Shown here in pieces: positions 14,059-22,244 of a DNA stretch of 32,000 nt. Source of the stretch: Candidatus Saccharimonadota bacterium (lineage in GTDB: Archaea; Nanohalarchaeota; Nanosalinia; Nanosalinales; Nanosalinaceae); assembly GCF_029232205.1 (NCBI RefSeq), contig NZ_CP107255.1, positions 30,001 to 62,000 on the forward strand. Reading direction: 5' to 3'. The notes below the pieces were generated by a model. That model did no database searches and was not told the origin of the DNA. It saw only the letters and a program-made list of their open reading frames with translations. The stretch's first letter is position 1; each line of letters opens with the position of its first letter. A program made the position numbers and the translations under genes.

Positions 14059-16110
14059 ATGAAACTTGACAAACTCTTTCAACCGGATGATATTGCTGTA
14101 GTGGGGGCCTCACGCCATGAAGGGAAGACAGGGCATGAAATTTTCGATAATCTTGTTCATGGGTTTGAGGGAGAGGTTTATCCTGTAAATCCGAAGGCCG
14201 ATGAAGTTGAGGGAAAGAAGGCCTTTGATGAAATTCCGAAAGGAACTGATCTGGCTGTTATTGCTGTTCCTTCAAAGATTGTGCCGAATGTTATGGAGAA
14301 TGCTGCTTCCAAAAAAGTTGATGCAGCGGTCGTTGTTTCCGCCGGTTTTTCGGAGACTGGTAATAAGGAGCTTGAGGAGGAAGTTCTTGGTATTGCGAAC
14401 AGTAACAATATAGATCTTCTTGGACCTAATGTTCTGGGGCTTATTAATACTGAGAATTCGATGAATGCTTCTTTCGCATCTAAAATGCCGGAGGCTGGCA
14501 ATATCTCGTTTATGAGTCAGTCTGGAGCATTCTGTACAGCTATATTGGATTATTCGAAGGCTGAGCATATTGGTTTCCGCCACTTTGTGTCCCTTGGTAA
14601 CAAGGCGCAGTTGAATGAAGTTGATCTCTTGAAGAAATGGCGTGAGGACGATACTGAGTCTATTATTTCGTATACGGAAGGTATTGAGAATGGACGCGAG
14701 TTTATGGAGGAGGCGGAGAAGACTTCACGTGAGAAACCGATTGTAATGATTAAATCAGGCCGTACCGATAAAGGAGGCTCAGCTGCTTCTTCCCATACCG
14801 GGAGCATTGCGGGAAGCTATCAGGCCTACAGGGCTGCTTTCAGGAAGGCCGGAATTATTGAGGCCGAGTCCAACAGAGAGCTTCTTGATTTTGGAAGAGC
14901 TTTCTCGTATCAGAATCCTCCTGACGGCGATAATATTGCTATTGTGACAAATGCTGGAGGGCCTGGTGTTATTACTACTGACGAGATTTCTCAGAGAGGA
15001 TTGGAGCTGGCTGAGTTTTCCGATAAGACAAAGAGTCGTTTGAAGGAGTCTATGCCTGACGAGTCCACGCCTCATAATCCTCTTGATGTTATTGGAGATG
15101 CAGGACATCATCGTTACAGTGAAGGCCTTGAGATTGTTCTTGAGGATGATAATGTGGATGCTGTAGTGGTTTTGCTGACGCCTCAGGCCAATACAGAGAT
15201 TGATAAGACTGCGAAGGCTATTTCGCGCGCGGATGAAAGCTCGGATAAGCCTATTTTTGCCTCTTTCATGGGAGAAGAGGATGTTGAGTCTGGTAAAAGA
15301 ATACTTGAAGAGAATAATATTCCTGAGTTTGAGGATCCTGTTGATGCTGTCAAGACCTTGAAGTCGATGGTTGGGTACAGCGAGTTTCTTCAGCAGGAGA
15401 GAAATTACAGGGATATTGATTACGACAGAAAGAAGGTGGAGGAGGCCTTGCATGATTACTCTGGTTATGCCAACGGCCACAGTCTTTTCGAGGCCTATGG
15501 ATTTGATCTGCCTCTGACAGAGGTTGAGAGCGCTCCGCGAGGTGCTGAAGAAGCTGCATCCAGTATTGGCTATCCTCTGGTTATGAAGGTTGATTCGCCT
15601 GTAGTGTCGCATAAGACTGATGTTGGCGGTGTGAAGACAGGTGTTCAGGATCGTGAAGAGGTGCAGGAGAACTTCAGAGAAATAATTGATAATGTACATC
15701 ACGCCAAGAACGGTAGATCTCCTATAAACGGTATTGTGCTACAGGAAGAGGTTGAAGGCCTTGAAGTGGCTCTTGGAATGAAGAGGGATCCTCAGTTCGG
15801 CCCTATGATTCTTGTAGGTCTTGGAGGCATCTACATAGAGGCATTACATGATATTTCGTTTGGCATTGCTCCTATCAGCGAGGAAGAGGCCGAGCAGATG
15901 ATTGAAGAGCTACAGAGCAGCGACCTGTTTGAAGGTGTTCGTGGAGAAGACCATTCCATGGAGCCTGTAAAGGATGCTATTATCAGGCTTGGAGAACTGG
16001 CCCTGAATCATGAAGAGATTTCCGAGATAGATGTTAATCCATTGATTCTGAAGAAGGAGAAGGCCTTTGTGGCTGATATCGAGATAGAGTTTGAAGAAAA
16101 TTCACGATAG
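14059..16110 (+). CDS. acd: Acetyl-CoA synthetase (ADP-forming), fused alpha/beta subunits (acetate--CoA ligase, NDP-forming)
   Basis: It has an N-terminal CoA-binding domain (IAVVGASRHEGKTGHEIF) and a succinyl-CoA-synthetase-like ligase domain with the phosphohistidine segment GGSAASSHTGSIAGS. The C-terminus is an ATP-grasp domain (GYPLVMKVDSPVVSHKTDVGGV). Confidence 0.88.
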   Translation: MKLDKLFQPDDIAVVGASRHEGKTGHEIFDNLVHGFEGEVYPVNPKADEVEGKKAFDEIPKGTDLAVIAVPSKIVPNVMENAASKKVDAAVVVSAGFSETGNKELEEEVLGIANSNNIDLLGPNVLGLINTENSMNASFASKMPEAGNISFMSQSGAFCTAILDYSKAEHIGFRHFVSLGNKAQLNEVDLLKKWREDDTESIISYTEGIENGREFMEEAEKTSREKPIVMIKSGRTDKGGSAASSHTGSIAGSYQAYRAAFRKAGIIEAESNRELLDFGRAFSYQNPPDGDNIAIVTNAGGPGVITTDEISQRGLELAEFSDKTKSRLKESMPDESTPHNPLDVIGDAGHHRYSEGLEIVLEDDNVDAVVVLLTPQANTEIDKTAKAISRADESSDKPIFASFMGEEDVESGKRILEENNIPEFEDPVDAVKTLKSMVGYSEFLQQERNYRDIDYDRKKVEEALHDYSGYANGHSLFEAYGFDLPLTEVESAPRGAEEAASSIGYPLVMKVDSPVVSHKTDVGGVKTGVQDREEVQENFREIIDNVHHAKNGRSPINGIVLQEEVEGLEVALGMKRDPQFGPMILVGLGGIYIEALHDISFGIAPISEEEAEQMIEELQSSDLFEGVRGEDHSMEPVKDAIIRLGELALNHEEISEIDVNPLILKKEKAFVADIEIEFEENSR

Positions 16111-16142
16111 ACGTTTTAATTCTTGAATATAGAACTGATCTT

Positions 16143-16319
16143 ATGAATGAGGAAGCAATAGGCGGTGGTTTAGGAGCTATTATGGGAGCATATGTCCTTA
16201 GTGAGATGTTAAGGACTGCTCCTGTGGCTGAATCTATTTCAACGGTAAAATGGATGCCTCCTGTTTTGGTGATTCTAGGAGTTTTCCTAATAATAGCAGG
16301 TATTTTCGGAGTAGAATGA
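16143..16319 (+). CDS. Candidate small membrane protein (58 aa, two hydrophobic segments)
   Basis: I translated this manually: MNEEAIGGGLGAIMGAYVLSEMLRTAPVAESISTVKWMPPVLVILGVFLIIAGIFGVE*. It is absent from the ORF track. Its TGA overlaps the ATG of the next ORF (ATGA). Confidence 0.4.
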   Translation: MNEEAIGGGLGAIMGAYVLSEMLRTAPVAESISTVKWMPPVLVILGVFLIIAGIFGVE

Positions 16320-16696
16320 TTCCAAAACTTCTTGAGTCTCTGGCTGGCAGCATTTCGAAGGGAGTGCCTCTTTTAGTAATTCTAGGTTATTTGCCTCTAA
16401 AACTTGCTTTACATCTTTTGGGCAAAGAAGAACATTTTAACACATGGGAAAGACTGGAAAAAATATCTCTGATGCTTATTAGCGGGGTTTTGTGGGGTTA
16501 CTTGTTTTCTTTTGCTTCTAACAGCTTGAATTTAGAATTTGATGCCAATATTGCTTTTTCTCTTTTTATTGCTGCTTTAACTGGGGCTTTCTCAACTTTG
16601 ATTATTGTAGTGGGTCTTATTTTTGTTAGGTTATGCAATGAGGTGAACTACTTTGAGCGTTTTGAGAGCTGGGTAGTGGATAAACTTGATTTTTAA
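16316..16696 (+). CDS. Hypothetical integral membrane protein (about 126 aa, about 3 TM)
   Basis: I place the start at the internal ATG (MIPKLLESLAG...), which overlaps the upstream stop. Hydrophobic helices are VPLLVILGYLPLKLALHLL, ISLMLISGVLWGYLFSFA and IAFSLFIAALTGAFSTLIIVVGLIFV. The segment is AT-rich. Confidence 0.55.
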   Translation: MIPKLLESLAGSISKGVPLLVILGYLPLKLALHLLGKEEHFNTWERLEKISLMLISGVLWGYLFSFASNSLNLEFDANIAFSLFIAALTGAFSTLIIVVGLIFVRLCNEVNYFERFESWVVDKLDF

Positions 16697-16995
16697 ACTG
16701 ATGTTTGTGGTTTCTGGCCTGGTAGTGGTTCATCGACGTTTTCTGTAAGCGTTATATCGTATCTGTTTTCTTCAGGGTACCAGTCAGCCTCCATTCGAGG
16801 ATTGTCGATATCCAGTTCCTCAAATATTTCGTCTACAAATGCTCCTACACCTGGTTTTTCAGATCCTTCCTCGAAAGCTACGTAGATGTAGGCCTGATCT
16901 CTGGCGTCATCTATATCGATGCTGGTTCTGTATCGCCCGTCATAGTTCTCGTTGAAGAACTGGTTTATCTCTTCTTCAAGGACTTCTGGTTCCAT
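16693..16995 (-). CDS. Hypothetical acidic cytoplasmic protein (100 aa)
   Basis: This is an intact ORF whose D/E-rich composition matches the proteome. I do not recognise a family. Its stop overlaps the stop of the convergent 16316-16696 gene (TTTAAA). Confidence 0.6.
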   Translation of the reverse strand: MEPEVLEEEINQFFNENYDGRYRTSIDIDDARDQAYIYVAFEEGSEKPGVGAFVDEIFEELDIDNPRMEADWYPEENRYDITLTENVDEPLPGQKPQTSV

Positions 16996-17070
16996 CAGTG
17001 CATGTTTCGTGTTTAAAGCCTAAATTCTCTTCGGTAGAATGAAGAAAAAACTGGGAAGAAGAGGCCTTTT

Positions 17071-17877
17071 CTAGTTCAGGCCTACTTCTGCTTCTCCTTC
17101 GATCTCTGCTTCAGCTGAAGTCTCAGTGTCTTCTGTTGAGGTTTCGGTTTCTGCGTCGACTTCTGCTTCAATTTCTAGATCGGTTTCGAAGCTTCCTTCG
17201 CTGTCTCCTGATTCAACTTCTACTTCGAACTCGTCGGCCTCTGGGACTGTAACGACAAGTTCTCCGTCTGCGTTGGTCTGGCCAGCTATTTCGCCGTTAA
17301 TTTTGACTGTTGCGTTGGCGACCGCCTCTTCTTCCTGCATTGCTTTTACAGTTACGTTGTTGCCGGATTCAATCTCTCCGTCAACATCTACCTGGATAGA
17401 TGTGCTGGTTTCCTGGGTGGAATCGTCGTCGGATTCGTTGTTTCCTACTGATTCGGCTGCCTGATTGTTTCCTCTGTCTGATAGGAAGGAGCTGATTGCT
17501 GAGAGAATTCCTGCCTGATTTCCGGCACGGGCCTCTGCTGATACTTCTGCTCCAAGATTGCTCTTGTTGTTCTGTGCGTGTTCTGGAGGACCTCTCTGTG
17601 CATCGGTGTTTGTTTCTGCTTCTGCGGAGGCATTGGCTTTTTCTTCTAGCTCAGTTACTCTCTGCTGAAGCTGCTGTACCTGCTGCTGTAGTTTCTGTAC
17701 TTGTGATCTTAGATCTGATATGGTCTGTCCTATATCTGCCTGTGCAGATGCTTGCGCATCTGTTTCAACCTGGTTGTTTGACTGTGCCTGCGCTGGCTGT
17801 GCTGCTGCTGGTGCAGCAAATCCAAGCGCCATTCCTGCTATGAGGAATATTGCTGTAATCTTATTCGAGTGGTTCAT
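17071..17877 (-). CDS. Secreted protein with a Q-rich coiled coil and an Ig-like/carboxypeptidase-regulatory-like beta domain
   Basis: The signal peptide is MNHSNKITAIFLIAGMALGFAAPAAA. The coiled coil is LRSQVQKLQQQVQQLQQRVTELEEK. The beta-rich segment is NVTVKAMQEEEAVANATVKINGEIAGQTNADGELVVTVP, followed by a highly acidic tail. GGTGA lies 6 nt upstream of the ATG. Confidence 0.7.
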   Translation of the reverse strand: MNHSNKITAIFLIAGMALGFAAPAAAQPAQAQSNNQVETDAQASAQADIGQTISDLRSQVQKLQQQVQQLQQRVTELEEKANASAEAETNTDAQRGPPEHAQNNKSNLGAEVSAEARAGNQAGILSAISSFLSDRGNNQAAESVGNNESDDDSTQETSTSIQVDVDGEIESGNNVTVKAMQEEEAVANATVKINGEIAGQTNADGELVVTVPEADEFEVEVESGDSEGSFETDLEIEAEVDAETETSTEDTETSAEAEIEGEAEVGLN

Positions 17878-17933
17878 TTGATTTCACCAAGCTGGTATAC
17901 TCAGTCCACCCTTATATGGCGTGTCCAGAAACA

Positions 17934-17976
17934 GTGGTTTAAACCCGTTAAGAAGCCGTTTAAACCCGTTTAACGG
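17934..17976. repeat. Phased direct/inverted repeats: GTTTAAACCCGTT x2 (21-nt period) and CCGTT(T)AA x3 (10-11-nt period)
   Basis: The 13-mers at 17937-17949 and 17958-17970 are identical. CCGTT occurs at 17945, 17956 and 17966. The terminal CCGTTTAACGG (17966-17976) is an inverted repeat. The cluster lies upstream of a TATA-like TTATAT (17912-17917) of the 17071-17877 gene. Confidence 0.45.
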
Positions 17977-18000
17977 TGAAGAAATTCTGTTCAATTATGT

Positions 18001-18390
18001 TTATCGCTGCTGTTTTCGTATCTCGTCGAAGTCGGCCTCAACCAGGTATGTGTTGGCTTTTTTCTTCTTGATTACGAGGTCTCTTTCGAAAAGTTCGGAG
18101 ACTGCGTTGCTGATTGTGGCCTTTGAAACATCTATTTCATCAGGCAGATCGCTCTGAAGTTTTGAATCGTCCATTACCGAGTCCAGTACTTCCTCAGCTC
18201 TTCTGGAAAGGCCTATATTGTCTATCCGTAGGTCTTTTCCTTCTTCCTCTTTTTCTTGATTGGAGGCTGTTACAAGAACCTGTCGAAGTTTCCAGATGTA
18301 AAGGCCTGAGGCAAATGTCAGCGCTATGAAGGCCCCTAGCATCATGTAGATTAGAATTTCGAACTCTGCTTCTGGGAATGGGACAGCCAT
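18001..18390 (-). CDS. Membrane-anchored winged helix-turn-helix protein (MarR/TrmB-like HTH after one N-terminal TM helix)
   Basis: The TM helix is ILIYMMLGAFIALTFASGLYIW. The HTH-like segment is LSRRAEEVLDSV...QSDLPDEIDVSKATISNAVSELFERDLVIKKKKANTYLV. GAGGT lies 6 nt upstream of the ATG, and only 4 nt separate it from the upstream gene. Confidence 0.7.
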   Translation of the reverse strand: MAVPFPEAEFEILIYMMLGAFIALTFASGLYIWKLRQVLVTASNQEKEEEGKDLRIDNIGLSRRAEEVLDSVMDDSKLQSDLPDEIDVSKATISNAVSELFERDLVIKKKKANTYLVEADFDEIRKQQR

Positions 18391-18394
18391 GTTT

Positions 18395-19189
18395 CTACCT
18401 CAGGTCTGTCAAAGAATTGTTTTCTGTAATTTTATTGTTCTGAGGTTCTGGCCTGTTTTTATCTACATTTTCGTCAGAACTAACTGGAGCTTCGCTGTCT
18501 TTGACAGAAGACGCCTTATTCTCTGCTTTGTCCACAGTTTCTTCTACAGATCTGTTGTCTAGATCAGGTTTCTGGCCCTGTGTCAGGTTCTCAGGATTCC
18601 TGTTTTCTCCATTATTTAGATTAGGTCTGCCGGTATTTTCAGGTTTGCCTGTCTGGTTACGGCCTGTAACTGGTATTTCCGATTTGTTGAGGGCTTCTGA
18701 TGGCGGGCCTTGTCTTCTCTTCTCTGATTGGTTTATTGCCTTTTCTATAGCGCCTTTGGCCTGTTCTGGGACTTTTTCCTTCACTTCTTTGAGAGTTTCA
18801 ACGTTTTTATTTGAAATATTGTTTATTTTCTGCTTTAGTTGCTCGTCCTGGCCTTTTCCAGCCAGTTCGACAGATCTATTCAGGGTCTTTGAGTATCTGT
18901 CTATGGCTTCTGCTGCTTTATCGCTTTTGTTTCTTTCTATAAGTGTTTGGGCCTCAGATACGCGTTCTTCTGCGTTGTTTGCCAGGGCCTTGGCTTTCAT
19001 ATCGTCTCCGCCTATTACTCCTGCCAGTTTGACTTCAAGGTTCTCTGCAAACATTTCTACTCCATAGAATGGGCTGGCAGGTGTTAGGCCTGGTGCTAAT
19101 CCGTTTTCAGAACTGTTTGTTGTTTGCTGAGCTGAGGCTGTTCCGATCAGGATTAGAGATGCTAAAAGCAGGATTGCGGTCTTTCTCAT
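18395..19189 (-). CDS. Secreted helical protein, DUF5667-like N-terminal region
   Basis: The signal peptide is MRKTAILLLASLILIGTASA. The motif PGLTPASPFYGVEMFAENLEVKL resembles, from memory, the DUF5667 signature. The C-terminus is low-complexity and N/Q/P-rich. ATG 19189 lies about 27 nt downstream of the TATA-like GGTTTAAAATC; the ORF-track start is TTG 19198. Confidence 0.65.
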   Translation of the reverse strand: MRKTAILLLASLILIGTASAQQTTNSSENGLAPGLTPASPFYGVEMFAENLEVKLAGVIGGDDMKAKALANNAEERVSEAQTLIERNKSDKAAEAIDRYSKTLNRSVELAGKGQDEQLKQKINNISNKNVETLKEVKEKVPEQAKGAIEKAINQSEKRRQGPPSEALNKSEIPVTGRNQTGKPENTGRPNLNNGENRNPENLTQGQKPDLDNRSVEETVDKAENKASSVKDSEAPVSSDENVDKNRPEPQNNKITENNSLTDLR

Positions 19190-19294
19190 ATTCTTCAAAC
19201 TCGCGCTGATGATTTTAAACCATTTTATTAACGATTGTTTAACTTCTGGCTTTTAATTTATTCTACTGTTTTTTGAAGAGGCCAAGCTGTTTAA

Positions 19295-20077
19295 TTATGT
19301 TTTTTCGTCTTCTTCCGGTTCGGGATTGGTTTTTCCGCCGAAGCCTGCTGATAATATTCGTGTTAAGGCCTCCTCGGCTGTTTCGTCAGCGTCTTCTACT
19401 TTTTCTTCATCTAGTTCGAGGACGAGGCCTGATGTGATGTTTGGTGCTGTGGGCATGAAGACAATGTCGCGGCCGTCTTTTGTCTTGTTTCCTGTTTTGA
19501 AGCCTGTCAGCCTAAATCCGCCGTGCTGAATCTTTACAGGTCTTGAGAAGTCTTCTGCTCCGCCCATTACTGTTTCTGTTGTTACTTTTGTCATGTTGTA
19601 GATGCTTCCGATGAACGGTATCATGTCGAAGAACTCGTCTATGATCTTTTCAAGCTGGAATCCTCTTTCTGTTCTAGCTATGCGGCCTACTCCTGTCACT
19701 ATTACTGCTGCTAGTGTCAGTAAAATAGCCAGTTTGAATGTCTGGTTGATGTAGTAGATATCTGTAAAGTTGAAGTACTGGTTTCCCGGTATCTGACTTA
19801 TCTTGCTGAAAAGCCAGTCTACAACAAGGAGAACTACTGCTACGGGAAGAACTACGATGAGGCCTGAAACTGCTGGCTGCTTTGGGTTGCCCATTCTCTT
19901 TGAGAAACTTTTAATTAGTTCTGAACGATTCTGTCTGTAGTAATCCAGTTTTCTGGTTCCTTCGCGGCCCTTCTTGATTCCGGCCTGCATCATTTTCTGT
20001 GTTCCTTTCTCCAGATGCTTCTTCCCCTCTCTGAAGTGTTCTTTGCCGGAACTGCCTTTTTCTCCCCCTTCTGACAT
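19295..20077 (-). CDS. DUF502 family membrane protein
   Basis: It has two TM helices (GLIVVLPVAVVLLVVDWLF; AILLTLAAVIVTGVG). The conserved C-terminal region FMPTAPNITSGLVLELDEEKV...EEALTRILSAG is typical of DUF502, from memory. Confidence 0.7.
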   Translation of the reverse strand: MSEGGEKGSSGKEHFREGKKHLEKGTQKMMQAGIKKGREGTRKLDYYRQNRSELIKSFSKRMGNPKQPAVSGLIVVLPVAVVLLVVDWLFSKISQIPGNQYFNFTDIYYINQTFKLAILLTLAAVIVTGVGRIARTERGFQLEKIIDEFFDMIPFIGSIYNMTKVTTETVMGGAEDFSRPVKIQHGGFRLTGFKTGNKTKDGRDIVFMPTAPNITSGLVLELDEEKVEDADETAEEALTRILSAGFGGKTNPEPEEDEKT

Positions 20078-20160
20078 ACTTAGATGTTGATGCCCGAATC
20101 ACATAAGGTTATGGCCTCAGGTTGCAAACTGTTTTAGAGATTGCATCACCAGTCATTTCT

Positions 20161-21318
20161 ATGGTTAATCGGAAAGAAGCACTGGAGTTACACAGCAAAA
20201 ATCCGGGCAAAATCACTGTAGAACCTTCTATAGAGATAGAGGATAAAGAAGATCTGGCAATGGTTTATACGCCGGGTGTTGCAGAGCCCTGCAAGGAAAT
20301 AGCAGAAGATAAAGAAAATGCATACAAATATACAAGCAAAGGCAATCTTGTAGCAGTAGTGAGCGATGGATCAGCAGTTCTAGGCCTTGGAGATATTGGT
20401 CCTGAGGCCTCAATGCCTGTAATGGAGGGAAAGGCCAATCTGATGAAGAAATTCGGAGAGGTCGACGGCTTTCCGGAGGTAATCAATGCTGACAGCGCGG
20501 ATGATATTATAGAGCACGTCGAAAGAATGGCTCCAACCTACGGCGCTATCAATCTTGAAGATATCAAGGCGCCGAGATGCTTCAAGGCCGAAGAGGCCCT
20601 GAAAAAATCTCTTGATATCCCTGTATTCCACGATGATCAGCATGGTACAGCGATTGTCGTAGGTGCTGCAGTCCAGAATGCGCTTGAGTTGTCAGGCCGC
20701 GCCCTGAAGGATTCAAGAATTGTTATCAGTGGAGCAGGCGCTTCAGGAATGGCGGTTGCCAATTTCCTGCTTGATGCAGGTGCTGAGAATATTCTCCCTC
20801 TGGATTCCTCAGGTATTCTGAGAACAGATGATGAAAATGAGTACAAGGCCGATCTTGCAAAGAGAACCCTGGCCTCTGAAGAGCAGGGCAGTCTTGAAGA
20901 TGCTATGGCGGGTGCGGACATGTTTATAGGCCTTTCAGCTCCTGGAATTGTTTCCCAGGAGATGGTCGAATCCATGGCAGAGGATCCAGTAGTATTTGCA
21001 CTTGCAAATCCTGAACCAGAAATTTATCCTGACCAGGCAAAAGAGGCTGGCGCCTTCATTACTGCTACAGGCCGCTCTGACTTTGATAATCAGGTTAACA
21101 ACTCTATTGCATTCCCGGGAGTTTTCAGAGGAGCTCTAGATGTTAAGGCCTCTGATATAAATGAAGAGATGAAGATTGCTGCTTCCGAAGCTATCAGGAA
21201 CTTTATCGAGCCTGAGAAGGATAAGATTCTGCCTGAGACTTTGGATAAGGAGCTTGCTATGGTGATTGCTGAGGAAGTTGCCGAGGCGGCCCGTGAATCT
21301 GGTGTGGCCCGGCAGTAA
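20161..21318 (+). CDS. NAD(P)-dependent malic enzyme (short form)
   Basis: Motifs are ALELHSKNPGKI, LAMVYTPGVAEPC, VVSDGSAVLGLGDIGPEASMPVMEGK, FHDDQHGTA and the Rossmann segment ISGAGASGMA. I place the start at ATG 20161; the ORF-track start at 20122 is a TTG. Confidence 0.9.
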   Translation: MVNRKEALELHSKNPGKITVEPSIEIEDKEDLAMVYTPGVAEPCKEIAEDKENAYKYTSKGNLVAVVSDGSAVLGLGDIGPEASMPVMEGKANLMKKFGEVDGFPEVINADSADDIIEHVERMAPTYGAINLEDIKAPRCFKAEEALKKSLDIPVFHDDQHGTAIVVGAAVQNALELSGRALKDSRIVISGAGASGMAVANFLLDAGAENILPLDSSGILRTDDENEYKADLAKRTLASEEQGSLEDAMAGADMFIGLSAPGIVSQEMVESMAEDPVVFALANPEPEIYPDQAKEAGAFITATGRSDFDNQVNNSIAFPGVFRGALDVKASDINEEMKIAASEAIRNFIEPEKDKILPETLDKELAMVIAEEVAEAARESGVARQ

Positions 21319-21350
21319 GTTTTTCACTTTTCTCTATCCTTTCTTTTCTC

Positions 21351-22244
21351 ATGAACGATGAAGAACGCCAGAAGTACGTTGAAGCAGGAGAAGTAATTCA
21401 GAAGGCCCGGAAGCATGCTAGGGAGGTTGCAACTCCAGGAACTAACTTGAAGGAGATTGCTGAAAGTATCGAGCAGCTTATCAGAGATGAAGGCCTTGAA
21501 CCTGCTTTCCCCGTAAATCTTTCGATAGATGAGGAGGCCGCACACTACTCTCCAGGAGTTTCCGAGGACAGAGTTCTGAAGGAGGACGATGTCTTGAAGA
21601 TTGATATCGGTGCTCACTGCGATGGATATATTGCGGATACTGCTCTGACAGTTAATCCTTCTGGCAGCGAGGAGGAAATGATTGAAACAGTTGAAGAAGT
21701 TCTTGAAGAGGCCCTTGAGTTTTTGGAGCCTGGTGTTACTGTTGGAGAGTTCGGTGCTTTTGTTCAGAGACAGATTCCAGATGATTACTCTCCGATAAGA
21801 AACTTGACAGGCCACTATCTGGGCAAATATACTCAGCACGCAGGTGTATCCATTCCTAACGTGGATAACGGTTCTGAACATGTTATTGAGGAGGGAGATG
21901 CCGTGGCTATCGAGCCTTTCCTGACTGATGGTTCTGGAAAGATCAAGAACGGGAAAAAAGGTAATATCTACAAGCTAGAGACTGATAGAAATGTTAGAGG
22001 CCGTCATGAGAGAAAGCTTCTTGGCGATATCAAGGAGTTTCAGGGCCTCCCGTTCAGCACGAGATGGTTTGATGACTTCGGCGCCCGTCAGAAAATGGCG
22101 TTGAACAAGCTTGTACAGGCCGATGTAGTTCATTCCTATCCTGTTTTGAAAGAGGTTGAAGGAGGTACAGTGGTTCAGGCCGAGCACACGGTGCTTGTTG
22201 GTGCAGGAGAGGACGGCGAGAACATTGTTACAACTCGTCGTTAA
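21351..22244 (+). CDS. map: Methionine aminopeptidase, type 2 (archaeal)
   Basis: The pita-bread fold metal ligand context is visible: DVLKIDIGAHCDGYIADTA, NLTGHYLG, AIEPF, AEHTVLV. A type-2 helical insert is present. Confidence 0.93.
   Translation: MNDEERQKYVEAGEVIQKARKHAREVATPGTNLKEIAESIEQLIRDEGLEPAFPVNLSIDEEAAHYSPGVSEDRVLKEDDVLKIDIGAHCDGYIADTALTVNPSGSEEEMIETVEEVLEEALEFLEPGVTVGEFGAFVQRQIPDDYSPIRNLTGHYLGKYTQHAGVSIPNVDNGSEHVIEEGDAVAIEPFLTDGSGKIKNGKKGNIYKLETDRNVRGRHERKLLGDIKEFQGLPFSTRWFDDFGARQKMALNKLVQADVVHSYPVLKEVEGGTVVQAEHTVLVGAGEDGENIVTTRR

Noticed and set aside
13961-14113. N-terminal extension of E1alpha (ORF-track start at 14113).
   Set aside because: The extension MRPPLQQYHPVERV... 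is basic and proline-rich, overlaps the ACD start and the divergent promoter, and has no homology context. The internal ATG at 13960 is preceded by a well-placed TATA box.
16140-16700. Horizontally acquired islet, suggested by AT-richness and the absence of AGGCCT.
   Set aside because: The segment is too short for the missing motif to be significant. Membrane-protein codon bias (F/I/L) explains the AT-richness. No flanking repeats, integrase or tRNA are present.
17937-17970. Possible CRISPR or mini-array, suggested by the repeated GTTTAAACCCGTT.
   Set aside because: There are only two 13-nt copies with an 8-nt spacer and no cas genes. The size and spacing fit transcription-factor sites, not CRISPR repeats.
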